This document shows, in pieces, positions 42,068 through 56,641 of a stretch of DNA of 64,000 nt. A model generated the notes under the pieces. That model had not been told where the DNA came from and searched no databases. It saw only the letters and a program-made list of their open reading frames with translations. Made by a program: the position numbers and the translations under genes. Within the stretch, counting starts at the first letter, position 1. Each line of letters starts with the position of its first letter. Source of the DNA: Eledone cirrhosa (lineage: Eukaryota); the NCBI GenBank assembly GCA_964016885.1, contig OZ024763.1, positions 6,386,001 to 6,450,000 on the forward strand, written 5' to 3'.

Positions 42068-42118
42068 AGTTTAAGCAAAGAATCGCTGCTTTCACCCTTA
42101 ACGGGATCTTCTGAAACT
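42068..42118 (-). ncRNA. Hammerhead-like motif, core variant CAGAAGA
   Basis: agttt-CAGAAGA-t-ccc-gttaa-ggg-t-GAAA-gca...tgc-TT-aaact; all three stems pair. Confidence 0.55.
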
Positions 42119-42184
42119 AACAAAGTCAATCTGTAAACGCAGAACTGGCCCTCTTTGGTTTGTAGTCTTCAATTTTATTATTAT

Positions 42185-42258
<74 letters not shown>

Positions 42259-42343
42259 AAAAGGAAAACAGAAATAACTACACAATCAGTACAGTATATG
42301 TAAGGGATATATTAGGTTAATGCTTGATATAGCAGGCAGAGGG

Positions 42344-42380
42344 TCTTAACGTTTCGGACGCTAGTCCTTCATCAGAAGAA
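42344..42380 (-). ncRNA. Minimal Penelope-type hammerhead motif
   Basis: CTGATGA-a-ggac-tagc-gtcc-GAAA-cgt-TA-aga with palindromic AACGTT in stem III; decayed relatives at ~48230 and ~48370. Confidence 0.6.
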
Positions 42381-42555
42381 AGAATGAGAAATAAGATAGA
42401 TTGAGGATAGATTGAGGGGACGGGCGGGTTGGAATTGGAAAAAAATGTCTTTAGATAAAAATAGACCCATTCATGTTGACATCTCTTACAGGGTGTCCCA
42501 CCAAATATATACATATTTATTAGAATGGTGTTGAAGTATGAATAGATTTTATACC

Positions 42556-42613
<58 letters not shown>

Positions 42614-43183
42614 AACATATATATATAACTAGATGTGTGATCTTAGGGGAACGGAAGGCAAAACATACATATCAACTAGAAATAGATTGACATATATATA
42701 TATAAAATAAATACATGAAACAATCACAGGGAATAATTTGTAAAGAATGTAGGCACACATAGCTAGGTAGGTAACTAATTAAAGTTTGACTAAAACTTCA
42801 AATATAGATACCTTTTAAAATGATTAATCTCCAAAGGATAAAGACACAATGAGTGGATCTTATTAAAGAAATATCAACTGTATCGGTCTGACTCACCGAT
42901 TCATATGCTATATATTCAGGGTATTCCCAAAAAATGTATACATTTTTGAACACCCTGTATGTATGTATATAGATAGATAGATAGATAGATAAATAAATAT
43001 GTAAAAGGTAAACAGAAATAACACAATCGGTAGAGTATATGGAAGGAATATATTAAGTTAACACTTGAAATAGCATTGATTTTATTTCGGCCGAGTTAGT
43101 GCCCTGTTACTGTGAAGTTTCCCCTCTTTATAGTGTTATAGTGAGATCAGACAAGCACCATTTCAGATGTATTCCTAAAAAAA

Positions 43184-43241
<58 letters not shown>

Positions 43242-43497
43242 AAAAAATATGGTTTTTTTACCAAAAGAATATAAAAACTGGAAAGAGGTGGTAGGTGGAG
43301 AAGTTTGGTAATTACTATAATGAATATATATATATATATACATATGTATATATATACACACACACATTTTTTTAGGAATACATATGTAATGGTGCTTGTT
43401 TGATCTCACTATAACACTATAAAGAGGTGAAACTTCACAGTAATAGGGTACTATATATATATATAGTAGACATATATACATAGACATACACTGATGA

Positions 43498-43699
43498 CTG
43501 TCTGATGTTACTGTAAATAAAGAGGTGAAACTTCACAGTAATAGGGCACTAGCGATGAAATACCAATGATGGTTGGAAGATCACTGATGAAGGACTAACT
43601 TTATTCATATATATATATATATATATATACAAACATAGACATACACTGATGACTGTCTGATGACACTGTAAATAAAGAGGTGAAACTTCACAGTAACAG
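43498..43699 (+). ncRNA. Tandem pair of hammerhead-like motifs
   Basis: ctgt-CTGATG(T/A)-...-GAAA-ct-tcac-ag-TA-a(t/c)ag with cores at 43502 and 43657. Confidence 0.6.
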
Positions 43700-43942
43700 G
43701 ACACTAACTCAACCGAAATAAAATCAATAATCTTTTCTGTGCTATTGAGTACACATCACACACACATATACAGTGTTCTAAAAATGTATACACACTTCAT
43801 TCTAATATTGCCTGTACAGGTAATCAAGGTGTGTACACATTTTATTGGGACATCCTGTATACAAGAATCAGTGAATTGGACAAATGAAGAATAACAACTA
43901 AATATAAAGTTTTTTTCAACATATATTAGCTGCTGTTGTAGT

Positions 43943-43978
<36 letters not shown>

Positions 43979-44584
43979 GTATATATATATACATACATAT
44001 GTGTGTGATGAACTATGATGATGATGAGAAAGAAGAGGTGACATTAATTAGATTTACCTGTAATTAAAAACATAGATTAGGAATGCTACAGAAGCAGGTA
44101 GATATATATATATACATGTATATATAATATAATATATATATATATATATATATACACACAGCTGACCCAGGTAAGTATGTGTAGTAATGTAATCCTTGGC
44201 GGCTATATAAAAATAAAAACTATAACAGCTTCTGAGAAAGGCTAATAACTACTACCACTACCACCACTATTACTACTACTACTACCACCACCACCACCAC
44301 CACCAACTTACATCTACTACACCCACTACCAGCACCATCACTACTACCCCCCACTAACAGTCACTACCACCACTATTACTAGCAGCCCTATCACTATGAC
44401 TACTACTACTACTACTACTACTACTAGCAGCCCCCATCACTATGACTACTACTACTACTACAGCTCCACATCTACCACCGCCGCCACCACCACTACTACT
44501 ACTCAAAAGATGAACCAGAGGGTGGTGGTGTGAGTGAATGAGGAAGGAGAAACGATGGTAGTGTTTATATATATATAGTGAAAA

Positions 44585-45115
<531 letters not shown>

Positions 45116-45162
45116 AGGATTAAAGTGTTTATTATATACATGAGTGTAAACATATATTGAGC

Positions 45163-45204
<42 letters not shown>

Positions 45205-45927
45205 ATGCAATATATATAAACATACACAAGAGAAAGTACTCAATATGGTGAGAGAATTGTAAATAATCATTATACACACACACACCTTAATGTGGGTATG
45301 TATAGGTGAGTGTGTTTGTGAGAATGTGTGTAGATGTGTTTCCATTACTTTGTTATAAATATAATATACAAACACTATAGGGTGAAATGACAAAAAGCAC
45401 CCAGTCCACCCTGGAAAGTGATTGTACTAGTGAATGACACAAAAAGCACCCAGTCCACACAGTAAAGTGGTTGTGCTGGTGACATAATAAAAAGTACCCA
45501 GTCCACCCTGGTGACACAAAAAGCATCTGGTCCACCCTGTAAGGTGTTAGTTCTGATGACATGATAAAAAAGCAGCTAGTCCACCCTGTAAAGAGGTCGT
45601 GCTGGTGACATAATGAAAAAGTAAACAGTCCAAACTGTCGGGTCAGTTGTCTTGGTGTCACAACAAAAAAATACCAGTTCACACTGTAAATTGATCATCT
45701 TGGTGCTACGACAAAAAATACCCAGTCTGTAAATGTGGTTGACATTAGGAGGGGTGGTCATCTAGTCATAGAAACAGTTCTGTAATGAGCAGAACATGGT
45801 CATCTGACTTGACATGTCTCACAATAGGATAACCCAGCCAACCCATGTATAACAATTTTTAGTACTTTCTTATAAACACAGGCACACACTTGGGTATGAA
45901 TACTTCTCTAAAATCATAAACATTGAA

Positions 45928-46130
45928 TGAGGGTCAGCTGAAAAGTTCACAGACTGATCAAGATACTCTCATGGAATGACCAAGATACTCTCATGGAATG
46001 ACCGTTAACATAGTCCCTGGAAAGAAACAATGCAGTTATTAAGGAGAAGAGTTGAAATCAATGCCTACAAGACTTCACAGCCCTAGCATCACTCCTCCAT
46101 AGTTGGCCTCTGAACTTTTCAGTTGACTCA
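45928..46130. mobile_element. mariner-like MITE
   Basis: Ends gagggtcagctgaaaagttc / gaacttttcagttgactc; related copy at 57505-57690. Confidence 0.65.
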
Positions 46131-46962
46131 CCTATAACAATGTGGATGAAGTGGGGGGGTGATGATAGGGGTGGTGTTGGTGTTAGTAGGAGTGGGGACA
46201 GAGGATCAGTGAGAGAATACATTTAAAGAAAATAAAAGGCTCTTACTAGTGAACATTTTGGCAACTCTCCCTTGCAAACATTCTGGTGAGGGTGGTGGAA
46301 GCAGACAGAGGTGAGCGGGGTAAGGGGGTGTATTAGATATTGGATCTGAGGACACTGTCCTTCTGAATGGGCCCACCCAATTCCATATTCAGCAGTCCCA
46401 GAAGCCCTCCTGAAAAGGGGCCATAAGCACTGCTCTTCCTGACTGAAAAGATTAAAAAAAAATCCCTAATGCTAGAAGATACAATCTCCCTCTTCCACCA
46501 CACAGCTCCTTACACTACCTAACTACAGCCCCCACCAACCCTGCCAGTAGTCTCTAGGGCCCCAGCAAAGGGTCATGGTGCACTGCCCTTCCTTCACTGA
46601 ATAAACAATATATATATACACACACACACACATGTATACATGCATACTGCATACACACACATATATATATATACTGACACAAAATAAATCACCTGGACCC
46701 ACCCCCATCTGCACTACACTACCTACCTTTCCTACTCACTTTTATCCTTGAACTGACCCCCCAGCCACACCCCACCCATCACCACTTACTTCCTCTCCTT
46801 CCCTGCTAAACCCTCTCCCCCTCCCCTGTATGAGTGACAGTTCAAGTTAAACCTCAACAACTCCTGGCTTTCCTCTACCATTACCACTACCAACAGTCAC
46901 ATCACCACCACCACCACCATCTCCCAGTCTTAGGAAAGGGACAGAGAGAAGTTAGGGTGAAT

Positions 46963-46993
<31 letters not shown>

Positions 46994-47144
46994 TCTACCA
47001 CCACAACCACAACTGCTTTTCTCCGATTAGTCACATATAAGGCCATTTTTCCAAGAAAAAGCAAGGCTGAGCATTGCGAGAGGAAGGCAGCTGGCATGAC
47101 ATACCCTTTCAATTTACACTATGGGATGCATCCATTTCTCTAAA

Positions 47145-47855
47145 ACCCTGTATCTGGTTTACAATAGGTTCACTGTATCCCTGTATATATCTGGGTTACA
47201 ATAGGTACACTATATCCCTGTGTATACCTGGTCTACAATAGGTACACTGTATCCGTGTATATCTGGTTTACAATAGGTACACTGTATCCCTCTGTATATC
47301 TGGTTTACAATAGGTTCATTGTATCCCTGTATATATCTGGTTTACAATAGGTACACTGTATCTGTGTATACCTGGTCTACAATAGGTACACTGTATCCCT
47401 GTGTATACCTGGTCTACAATAGGTACACTGTATCCCTCTGTATATCTGGTTTACAATAGGTACACTGTATCCCTGTGTGTATCTAATTTACAATAGGTAC
47501 ACTGTATCCCTGTGTATATCTGGTCTACAATAGGTACACTGTATCCCTGTGTATATCTGGTCTACAATAGGTACACTGTATCCCTGTGTATATCTAGTCT
47601 ACAATAGGTACACTGTATCCCTGTGTATACCTGGTCTACAATAGGTACACTGTATCCCTGTGTATACCTGGTCTACAATAGGTACACTGTATCCCTGTGT
47701 ATACCTGGTCTACAATAGGTACACTGTATCCCTGTGTATACCTGGTCTACAATAGGTACACTGTATCCCTGTGTATATCTGGTTTACAATAGGTTCACCA
47801 TACCTGTATGCACCTGGTTTACAATAGGTACACTGTATCCCTGTGTGTATCTGGT
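47145..47855 (+). repeat. 37-bp minisatellite, ~19 copies
   Basis: Unit ctggtctacaataggtacactgtatccctgtgtatac. Confidence 0.95.
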
Positions 47856-49699
47856 TCCGGCTCTCTGTATTTAAATCCTGACAGGATCAACTTTACCTTT
47901 CATCCTTTCGAGGTTGATAAATAAAGTACCAGTCCTACACTGGGGTAGGTTCTTCCTCTATATCTCTTTCTCTCTCACTCACCTTATGTGGAAGGAAGAA
48001 ATCTGCTGTGTTCAGACTTGGAGAGATGGGTTCTGCCAGGTTTTAAAATTTTTTCCAAGGAAAGCTGTATTACTATGGTGCCCCTTACTACTTCCATTGG
48101 GAGTTATGGGTCAAAAGAAGAAAGAAAGGCTGGATCAAGCCCCAGGGTTCATTTAGCAGAGCTTCAAGGCTTGATATCACTGGAGGAAACAACACACAGA
48201 AGTATATAAGTGTACAATGAGGAAGAATTCAATGTTTCAGATAATGGTCCTTTGTTGGGGACATTAAAGGAGAGAAAAAAAAGGGTTATGTGAGAAACTG
48301 TATGTTCAGCAGAGAATCGACTTTGTGGATGAAAAACAGAAGTATAGAGTATATAATGACACAATGACGAAGAATTCAGTGTTTCAGATAGTAGTCCTTT
48401 GTTGAGAATATTAACCTTTAGCATTTACATTACTTTATATTTACTATTATACTTTCACGGTAAAGGCTTTACCTCACATAATTATCTCACATATCAAATC
48501 TATGAGATTTTGATATTATTTATTTTAAGAACAATACCTAAACGTTGGCATGAGTGGCCGGTTACATCTGGTTTGAGGCAAGAGAATTCTGGTTGAGTAC
48601 GGCTGGTTTCAATGCTAAAGAGTTAACAAAGGAAGAACAAGGAGAAAAAATGATTATGTGAGAAACTGTGTGATTAGCACAGAACCACCATGGTGGATGA
48701 GAAACAGAAGTATGGAGAATGGTATTTTTGAGAGCTAGGGAAAGATAAGTGGGAAGCCTGGTACATGTGTATCTGTATGTTGGGAAGTGTGTAAGTGCAT
48801 ATGTGGTGAGTGAGTGAATGTGAATATGTTGTGTTAATATATGTAAGTGAATGCGTGAGTTATCATCATCATCTTTTATATGTCCACTTTTCTACAGTAG
48901 CATGGGTTAAATAGGATATTTTGAGACAATGTTTTAGTTGGATTTTATCTTAAACTAAAGTGGAAGTGTTTAGTCAGATTGGTAAATAGAAACCCTTTAA
49001 AATGTGTGGTCTTGCTTCTTAAAAACCAGAACTGGTTTTGGTCCAGTTGGAATCAAATGGGTTAAATAGGAACCTTTTAAAATGAGGACTTTTATTTCAT
49101 AGATCCAAAGGAGATTTTGGACAGGTTTGTACCAAAGATTTAATTAACATACTCACTCAGAGTTAAGTAGAGAGGAAGATACCAGGAAACTGTTTGTTTC
49201 TATCCTACTTGTCATCTGTTTGAAGTGCCAAGAAATCCAAGTGGAAAGTAGCTGCAGTAGAGGAAGACCTGGGCAGAGGCGGTGAAAGCTGATCACAAAT
49301 CGTGGAAGCTCAGAGATGACAAAAGCACACAACGAACAGAGAAATTACAATGATGTTGATAATAATGTTGTCTTCGTTTGTATATGTATTTCTTGCATAT
49401 GTTATCTCCATTTTCTGGTCTGTCTTCCTCATTTTTTATAAAGTATTATGTGGTAGTTGCTGTGTCCCACCTTAGTATTTAGAATAGGGACACTGGATAT
49501 GTATACCACAGAAAACATACAAATTAAAAGGGTTGGAATCACAAAGGGCAGCCAGCTGTAAAACACTGCCCTCCAAAAAGTCTGTCCAACCCATGCCAGC
49601 ATTGAAAAATGAATGTAAAGATGGTGGATTTTCTTTAGGATGGTGTGTGTTAGAGATAAATGGCAGGCAGATGGGTAGATATGAGGACAGGAGAGTAGA

Positions 49700-49965
49700 G
49701 AGGTTTATCTCCTCTTGCTCTCTCCAAGCCGATACTGATATCAGGCCAGGAGAGCAGACAAATTTATCTTTCCTTTGCTTGTGCTCTTCAGGCTGATGCT
49801 AGGCTAGAAGGGCAGACAAATTTATCTCCCCTTGATTGCGCTCTCCAGGCTGATATGAAGCCAGGAGAGCAGACAGGCTTATCTTTCCTTCTTGCACACT
49901 TCAAGCTGATATTATACCAGGAGGACAGACAAGTTTATCTCCCAATGCTTGAGTTCTTCAGGCTA
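49700..49965 (+). repeat. ~57-bp degenerate tandem repeat, ~5 copies
   Basis: Recurring ccaggagagcagacaaatttatct...ttcaggctgat. Confidence 0.75.
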
Positions 49966-50879
49966 AAAAAAAAAAAAAACCCACCATCACACTTTTTTAG
50001 CGCAGCACACAGCCGGCTTTGCATCGAAAGGGAATTGGGTTAATATTACTGAACCCGAACTCGTGTTTTTCATCTGCCATGATGGTTTTAACCATATAGT
50101 CAGATTATTTCATGTAAATCATTTCCTATCATTCTTTGTCTTCTAGAATGTTCTCAAGAACCATCACATCTCAAAACTGTGTTTTTAATCTCCCCAATTG
50201 TATACACGCCACATACACACAGTATATAAGTTATATAAACACTACATACACAATCACCATCATTTTCCACGTATTTAGTTTCCCTCACTGTGTACACACC
50301 TTATATACAATATATGCACACCACATACACACAGTACATACATTATATACACACCACACACAAAATCATCATCATCATCGTTTAATGATTCACACTTGCA
50401 TGGGTTAGACGAGTTGCCACGTTAAGAGACAAGTCAGGTCCAGCGACCCCATCCTGTTCATATGGATCTGTATTTTAGTTGGATGCCCTTCCTAACACCA
50501 ACCATGTTATAGAAATATATACATACAGTTGTAGAAAGCTTGCCAAATAAAGGGTTGGGAGTCTTCAGTTGTATGAAAGACATATAACAACCCTAATGTT
50601 GGTGAAGAGGGGTTCCTGGACTGTCCAAGTCAGTAGACCCGTTTCAGTACTAACTCAGTCTGTGAAAATACATCTAACCCTCACCAACAGGGAAAGATGT
50701 TAAATGATGATGATTATAAGGAAGGTATATTCTACTGATGGTTGAATTCGTTCATTCTAAATCATATGCCACCAGTTCTTTGAGAAAACAATACAATAAT
50801 TCAGGATAGAGCATATCAAAGGACCGAAATAACGGAGGTAAACTTTGCTCCATCATTATGTTATTCTGTTCAAGTTCTA

Positions 50880-50938
50880 GCTGTCTGATGAGGTCATAGC
50901 TGTTGAATAATCGTTATCACCGAAATATACATAACAGC
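50880..50938 (+). ncRNA. Type I hammerhead ribozyme motif with intact core
   Basis: gctgt-CTGATGA-ggt(catagc...gttatc)acc-GAAA-t-atac-a-TA-acagc. Confidence 0.7.
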
Positions 50939-51255
50939 AAATATGAATAATCAAAGTTAATTTTAACCTGTTGACTTACAGAGCTGTACGGGAGCCTTCC
51001 AAAAGTCAGCTCGAAAGTAACACAGAGGAGACTGAGGTTAGCTGGACATGTTCACCGACATTCAGAGTTGACACTGCACTCAGTGCTCCCGTAGGAGCTG
51101 CTGCACGGACACACTAGAAGAGGGAGACCGAGGCTGACATGTTGATGCCTTAAGGAACGACACAGGTCTGTTGGAGACGCAGGACATGGCAGCGATGATG
51201 AAGGAAAGAGACCACTGGAGAAAATTCGTCCACGGTTCTCGTGAATTTTACCCCT

Positions 51256-51294
<39 letters not shown>

Positions 51295-51634
51295 TGTATA
51301 GCCACTATATACTCTACTTTTCATGCAAACTTCCCATAATTTCTTGTTTGAGACTGTTCTCATGACAGGACAAGACAACCACTTCTCTCAACAATGAACT
51401 CTCCCTGACATGGGAGAATCACATACAATGTACTCTTGCTGGAGTGGATTGGTTGGTTAGTTGGTTTACTTTTTCAGATGGGGACACACACACAATCATA
51501 TATATACATACACACACACACATATGTAGAGACATATACACACACATATATGTACAGATACATATACACAGAATAAAAAAGTAAACAGGAACAACAAAGA
51601 AAACAATACAGAATAATGAAGATATATATTAGTT

Positions 51635-51668
<34 letters not shown>

Positions 51669-52071
51669 TATATACATATTCAATATAGAAATGGCTTCTA
51701 TAGGACTAGAACTGTTTCATTTGAAGGAAATGATCAGGAATGGCAACATACACAAACACACCCAGAAGACAGAAGCACATAGTTGTGGGTGTAGGTGTGT
51801 TGTGTCAAGAAAGGATTGAGGTAAAACGCTTCCTGAAAGGAGTGTCCAGTGTTAACTGTGTGTGTGTGTGTGTGTGTGTGTGCATATATATATATATATG
51901 TATGTGTGTGTGTCCAACAGTAGGAATATAAAAAGGGGGGAGAGAAACTAAAAAAGGCTATACTTGCAATATCAAGGCAGAAACTCCCTTTAAGAGTCTT
52001 CAGAGATTGGGAAGCAAGGAACAGATATAAGCTGAGATGATTAAAGCCTTTTTGAATAACAGTAGACACAT

Positions 52072-52113
<42 letters not shown>

Positions 52114-52814
52114 GTAGAACACTAGTAGGTTACATTACTAGTAGGTAATAGAGCACTCAGTCCATAGGACGAGTTTGGTACAAGTTAGTTCCACAACAGT
52201 TAATACACCATTGCTGAGAACAATTGTTTCACTTATTAGTGAAAGTATACTCACTCTATATCATACCATGTATTGAGTACGCTGATTTGAGGTCTTCCAG
52301 GTCCCCCCCACCCACCCTACAACAGTAGACAATCTATATATATATATATGGGATTTCTTCTATTTCATCATCATTGTTTTTATGTCCATTTTTTCCAAGT
52401 TTACATCAGTTGAATTGGTCCTTTTCAGCACAATCTCTCTCCATACATCATGATCCTACATCATCATCTCTGTGATATATATATACCCCTGCAGCATATC
52501 ACATAATCAGATTTTCATCTGAAGATATCGTTTCCATACCAACAACAAATGCATATATTACATCTTGAATTGCATAAGGGAACCATTGAAATAATTATAA
52601 TGAATAAATGCTTCATGTAATATCAGCATCTTTTTTAATGTTATTCATCATCATGTTTAAAGTCTATCTTCCACGCTAGCATGGGTTTAGACGGGAATTG
52701 TCCTACTTGAGGCAAGATTGGTCGGGAAACCATGTCTCGCTCGTATAGGACTGTTTGGCAGGTTTTCTACGGCTGGATGCCCTTCCTAACACCAATTTCA
52801 TATATATATATATA

Positions 52815-53472
52815 CTAGCAGAATGGACCGGCGTTGCTCGGGATTCTAAACATAGATTGGCATGTTTATCCCTCCTTTCTGAAACAGTACAGAGAAGTAC
52901 GGAATACCTCGGCCTGGGGATGGTGTCTACATTTTGTGCTTATAAAAAAAATTTGTTGTAGATTACCAGGGGTTTAACTTAATTGGGTGCCTGAGAGTAT
53001 AATGTTCAACCCACGAAAGCCAAGACGATAGGGTTAAGTAAAAAGGCATTCGACAAACCGAACATGTATTTCTTGTGCTCTTCTGGTGGCAGTACGTTCA
53101 GCATCTTGCGACCGTCGAATAGCAGATTCCACTGACGATTCGTTTGCCCGCCTTGTTCTTTTTCTTGCCGCTTTCGCAGTATTTCGGCCAATGGAGTATC
53201 TCTTCCTTCGAGGCATGACCTAAAAGCAGGACGAAGTACACTAAGACTAACTGGTAGAGTAAGGAGTAAACTCGTCAGTGATGCATGTGATTTCCGAACC
53301 GTTGACTATGTAATTGCTGGACTTGTGCCAAAAGTAGTGGGACTTTTTGGGTGGCATATTGACAGTAACAATGACGATAAGCCGTCTGTGCTTTCGTGAA
53401 ATAAATACGTTTGTTTATATTTTATTTTTGTGTATGCAAAAATATCTACATGAATATATAATTTTATAGAGA
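52815..53472 (-). mobile_element. Internally deleted Helitron
   Basis: A|TC...CTAG|T ends, subterminal hairpin cccgagcaacgccgg, remnant ORF MPRRKRYSIGRNTAKAARKRTRRANES resembling RepHel N-termini. Confidence 0.75.
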
Positions 53473-53473
53473 T

Positions 53474-53830
53474 ATATATCTAAAACAGAGAATGTCTGTC
53501 TGACTCCCTAAAACTCGAGAACCACCCAACCGATTTTTTTCAAACTTTACACATGTAATACTTATGGTCGTGTGAGTGTTTTGAGCAAAAAATATTTCAA
53601 ATTTTCTATGCCCTAGGTACCGCATTAGGCGCCGTTAGCGATCTCTCTCTCTCAAAATAGCAAAGATAATACGTCAGCAATGAGAACAATATTTGCTCTA
53701 GGGTTCTTATATATTTGATATATATTTATCCTTATCGAGCCTCGTGAAATAAATACGTTTGTTTATATTTTGTTATTGTGTATGCAAAAATATCTGTGAA
53801 CGCAGAAGTAAATATTTCGAAAAACGTTAC
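53474..53830 (+). mobile_element. 5' part of a second Helitron-like repeat
   Basis: atctaaaacagagaatgtctgtctg...aactcgagaaccacccaaccgat; shares a ~50-bp block with 53394-53447 and a segment with 35740-35810. Confidence 0.5.
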
Positions 53831-53831
53831 A

Positions 53832-53880
<49 letters not shown>

Positions 53881-54104
53881 GATAGCGAAGTCAATGTTTT
53901 CATAATGTCGTAATGCAGACAGCTTTTGTGGGATTGTGAGAGTTGATCTCTAATCACTGAAACTTACAATAGAGTTGAAGAAGGGTTGTGATTAGTGGAA
54001 GGATGTTGTGCTGGAAAGGACCCAATCCAGGCAAGAGGCCTGTGGGTGTGTTTCATCATCATTGTGTGTGTGTATGTAGCATCATGTAGTGAGTGTGTAT
54101 GTAG

Positions 54105-54600
54105 CATCATTTATATCAGCAGAAGTGGGTGTTCTGAAAGTACAGTAGCCAGAGTGAGAACGGGTTGGAATATAGCTACTACCACTGCTAGCTACAAAAG
54201 GCTTTTTCTCAGCAATATTGCATGGTAGTAAGACTTGGGTGTTGTGTGCAGAAGACTTGGGTGTTGTGTGCAGAAGACTTGGGTGTTGTGTGCAGAAGAC
54301 TTGAGTAGATTGGAAAGAAATGAAGCTCGCATGCTCCAATGGATGTATAATACTAATATACATGAACGGCAAAGCATAAACGAATTGAGAAATTGAGAGA
54401 GAGACTAGGCATAAGAGAAATCAGATGCAGTGTGCAGGGGAGGAGATTGTGTTGGTGATGAGTATGAAGGATGACAGCTATATGAAAAGGTGCAGCGCGT
54501 TCAAAGTTGATGGGGGAGATCCAGGAAGATTTGCGGTGGAGTGATAAAAGCTGACCTTGCTCAATTGCACCTTTCAAAGACGATGACACAGGACCGAGAT
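54105..54600 (+). mobile_element. RTE LINE fragment with an internal 22-bp triplication
   Basis: SGCSESTVARVRTGW...RLERNEARMLQWM; aagacttgggtgttgtgtgcag x3. Confidence 0.75.
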
Positions 54601-55251
54601 GCAGGTAGAAGCTGAAGCATATATAGTATGCACCACCTCATCCTACGAGGGCAGGCTGAAGTATACACCTATTGGAGCAACCAGCCCACACTGTAAAGTG
54701 GTCATGATGGCGACACAACAAAAAGCACTGAAGTGATCGTGTGTCACCACAAAAAGCACACAGTACTCACTATGTGATTGGTGTTAGGAAGGACATATCC
54801 AGCTGTAGAAACCAAGCCAAAATTAGTTCTGTATGAACAAGAGATGGTCACCTAACCTGGCATTTCTCACAAGACAACACATCTAACCCACGCTAGCATG
54901 GAAAAATAGACGTTAAACAGTGATATATATATATATACATACATACATATAAAAGAGTGTATTGTAGTTTGTTTAAAGCATAGAAAATGGAGTCTACAGC
55001 AATGTAAATTTGGACATTAAATGTTATTTTAAACATTTAATGTCTCATGTGGTGCACTGTTGAAGACTTTTAATAAACACATTATATATATATATATAGC
55101 ATTATCATCAACGTCCATTTGCCACACTTGCATGGGTTAGACGGGTTGTCACGTTACAAAACAAGCCAGGAGATCTTGCTCATAATATATTTATATATAT
55201 ATATATATAATGTGGGAAGCAACCATATATATATATATTAAAGTGTGTATG

Positions 55252-55283
<32 letters not shown>

Positions 55284-55897
55284 CAAGCCAAAATCAGTTC
55301 CTGTATGAGCAAGGCATGGTCAGCCGACCAGACACTGCCCACAACAGGACAACCCGTCTAACCCATGCTAGCATGGAAGAACGGACGTAAAACAGTGATG
55401 ATGATGATGATGATGACATACATATATACACACACACACTTTAACAGCATTCTAATAAATATTTTCGGAGCTAGCTAGCAAGCTGGCATGGGTTTGTTAA
55501 AGACATGACAACCTCTCTTGTGCTGGTGATCTACATGATAAACCATAAATGCACCCAGTACATTCTGTACAATGGTTAGTGATAGGAGCGTTCAGTTTGT
55601 GTCAAAAGATATGTCAACCTCTCCTGCGCACTTGATAAAAGAGGAGATAAGCGAGAAGGAAGCAATGCATACCGGCCAGTTTGGGAGGTCAGTAACCTTA
55701 CTTCAGTACAGATTTGGTCTATGTCGACTGGTTCAACCCTTGCTCACATGGAAAGTGGATATTAAATGATGATGATGATATATGTACATGTATATATAGA
55801 CGTCATGACCGTTTAACGCCCATTTTTCCAGACTAGCATGGGTTAGATTAGTTGTCTCATTGTGAAATAAGTCAGACATATGTACATACACACACAC

Positions 55898-55929
<32 letters not shown>

Positions 55930-56211
55930 GCTTGCCATGAAATACCTATCCTTTATCCTCTGTTAACCTTTTTACATCCATTACTCTCTCTCTCATCCAG
56001 TAAAATTTCATACAATAATATAATGAGGCTTGGTTGCAATGCAGAGATTGGAGTGGGGCGTGGAACAATTATTTTAAGTGGCAGAGAGTACAGAATACCA
56101 TTGATGGACTCCTACAAATATGGTACTGGGACTGACTTGACAACAATAACACTAACAATATAGCTAGCCATCTATTTATATATGTGCATCTGTATATATA
56201 TATATATATAT

Positions 56212-56641
56212 CATCATCATCATTTTACGTCCGCTTTTCCCTGCTTGCAAGGGTGGGATGGGTCCTATTCAGCACAGCATCTCTCCACTTGTCACGGTCC
56301 TTCGTCATCTACTCGGTGAGTTTCAGCGATCTCAGGTCTGCTCTCACCACCTCCGCCCATGTTTTTCGTGGTCTTCTTCTACTGCGTCTTCCTTCTACTG
56401 GGATTTCTTGGCACTTCTTTACCCATCGGTCATCCTCCATGTGCATCACATGTCCATACCATCTCAGCCTTCTCTCCTGCACACCACAACTTATCCCTCT
56501 TATACCCAGTTTCTTTCTCATCTCGTCCATGCTTGGTCATTCACGCACATTGACATTGCACATCCAACGGAGCATACTTGCTTCATTTCTCTCCAGCCGT
56601 CGCATATCCTCTGCAGTTGCTGCCCATGTCTCACTACCATG
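56212..56641 (-). mobile_element. RTE LINE 3' end
   Basis: GSETWAATAEDMRRLERNEASMLRWMC...QERRLRWYGHVMHM...RPRKTWAEVVRADL, (gat)n tail. Confidence 0.9.
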
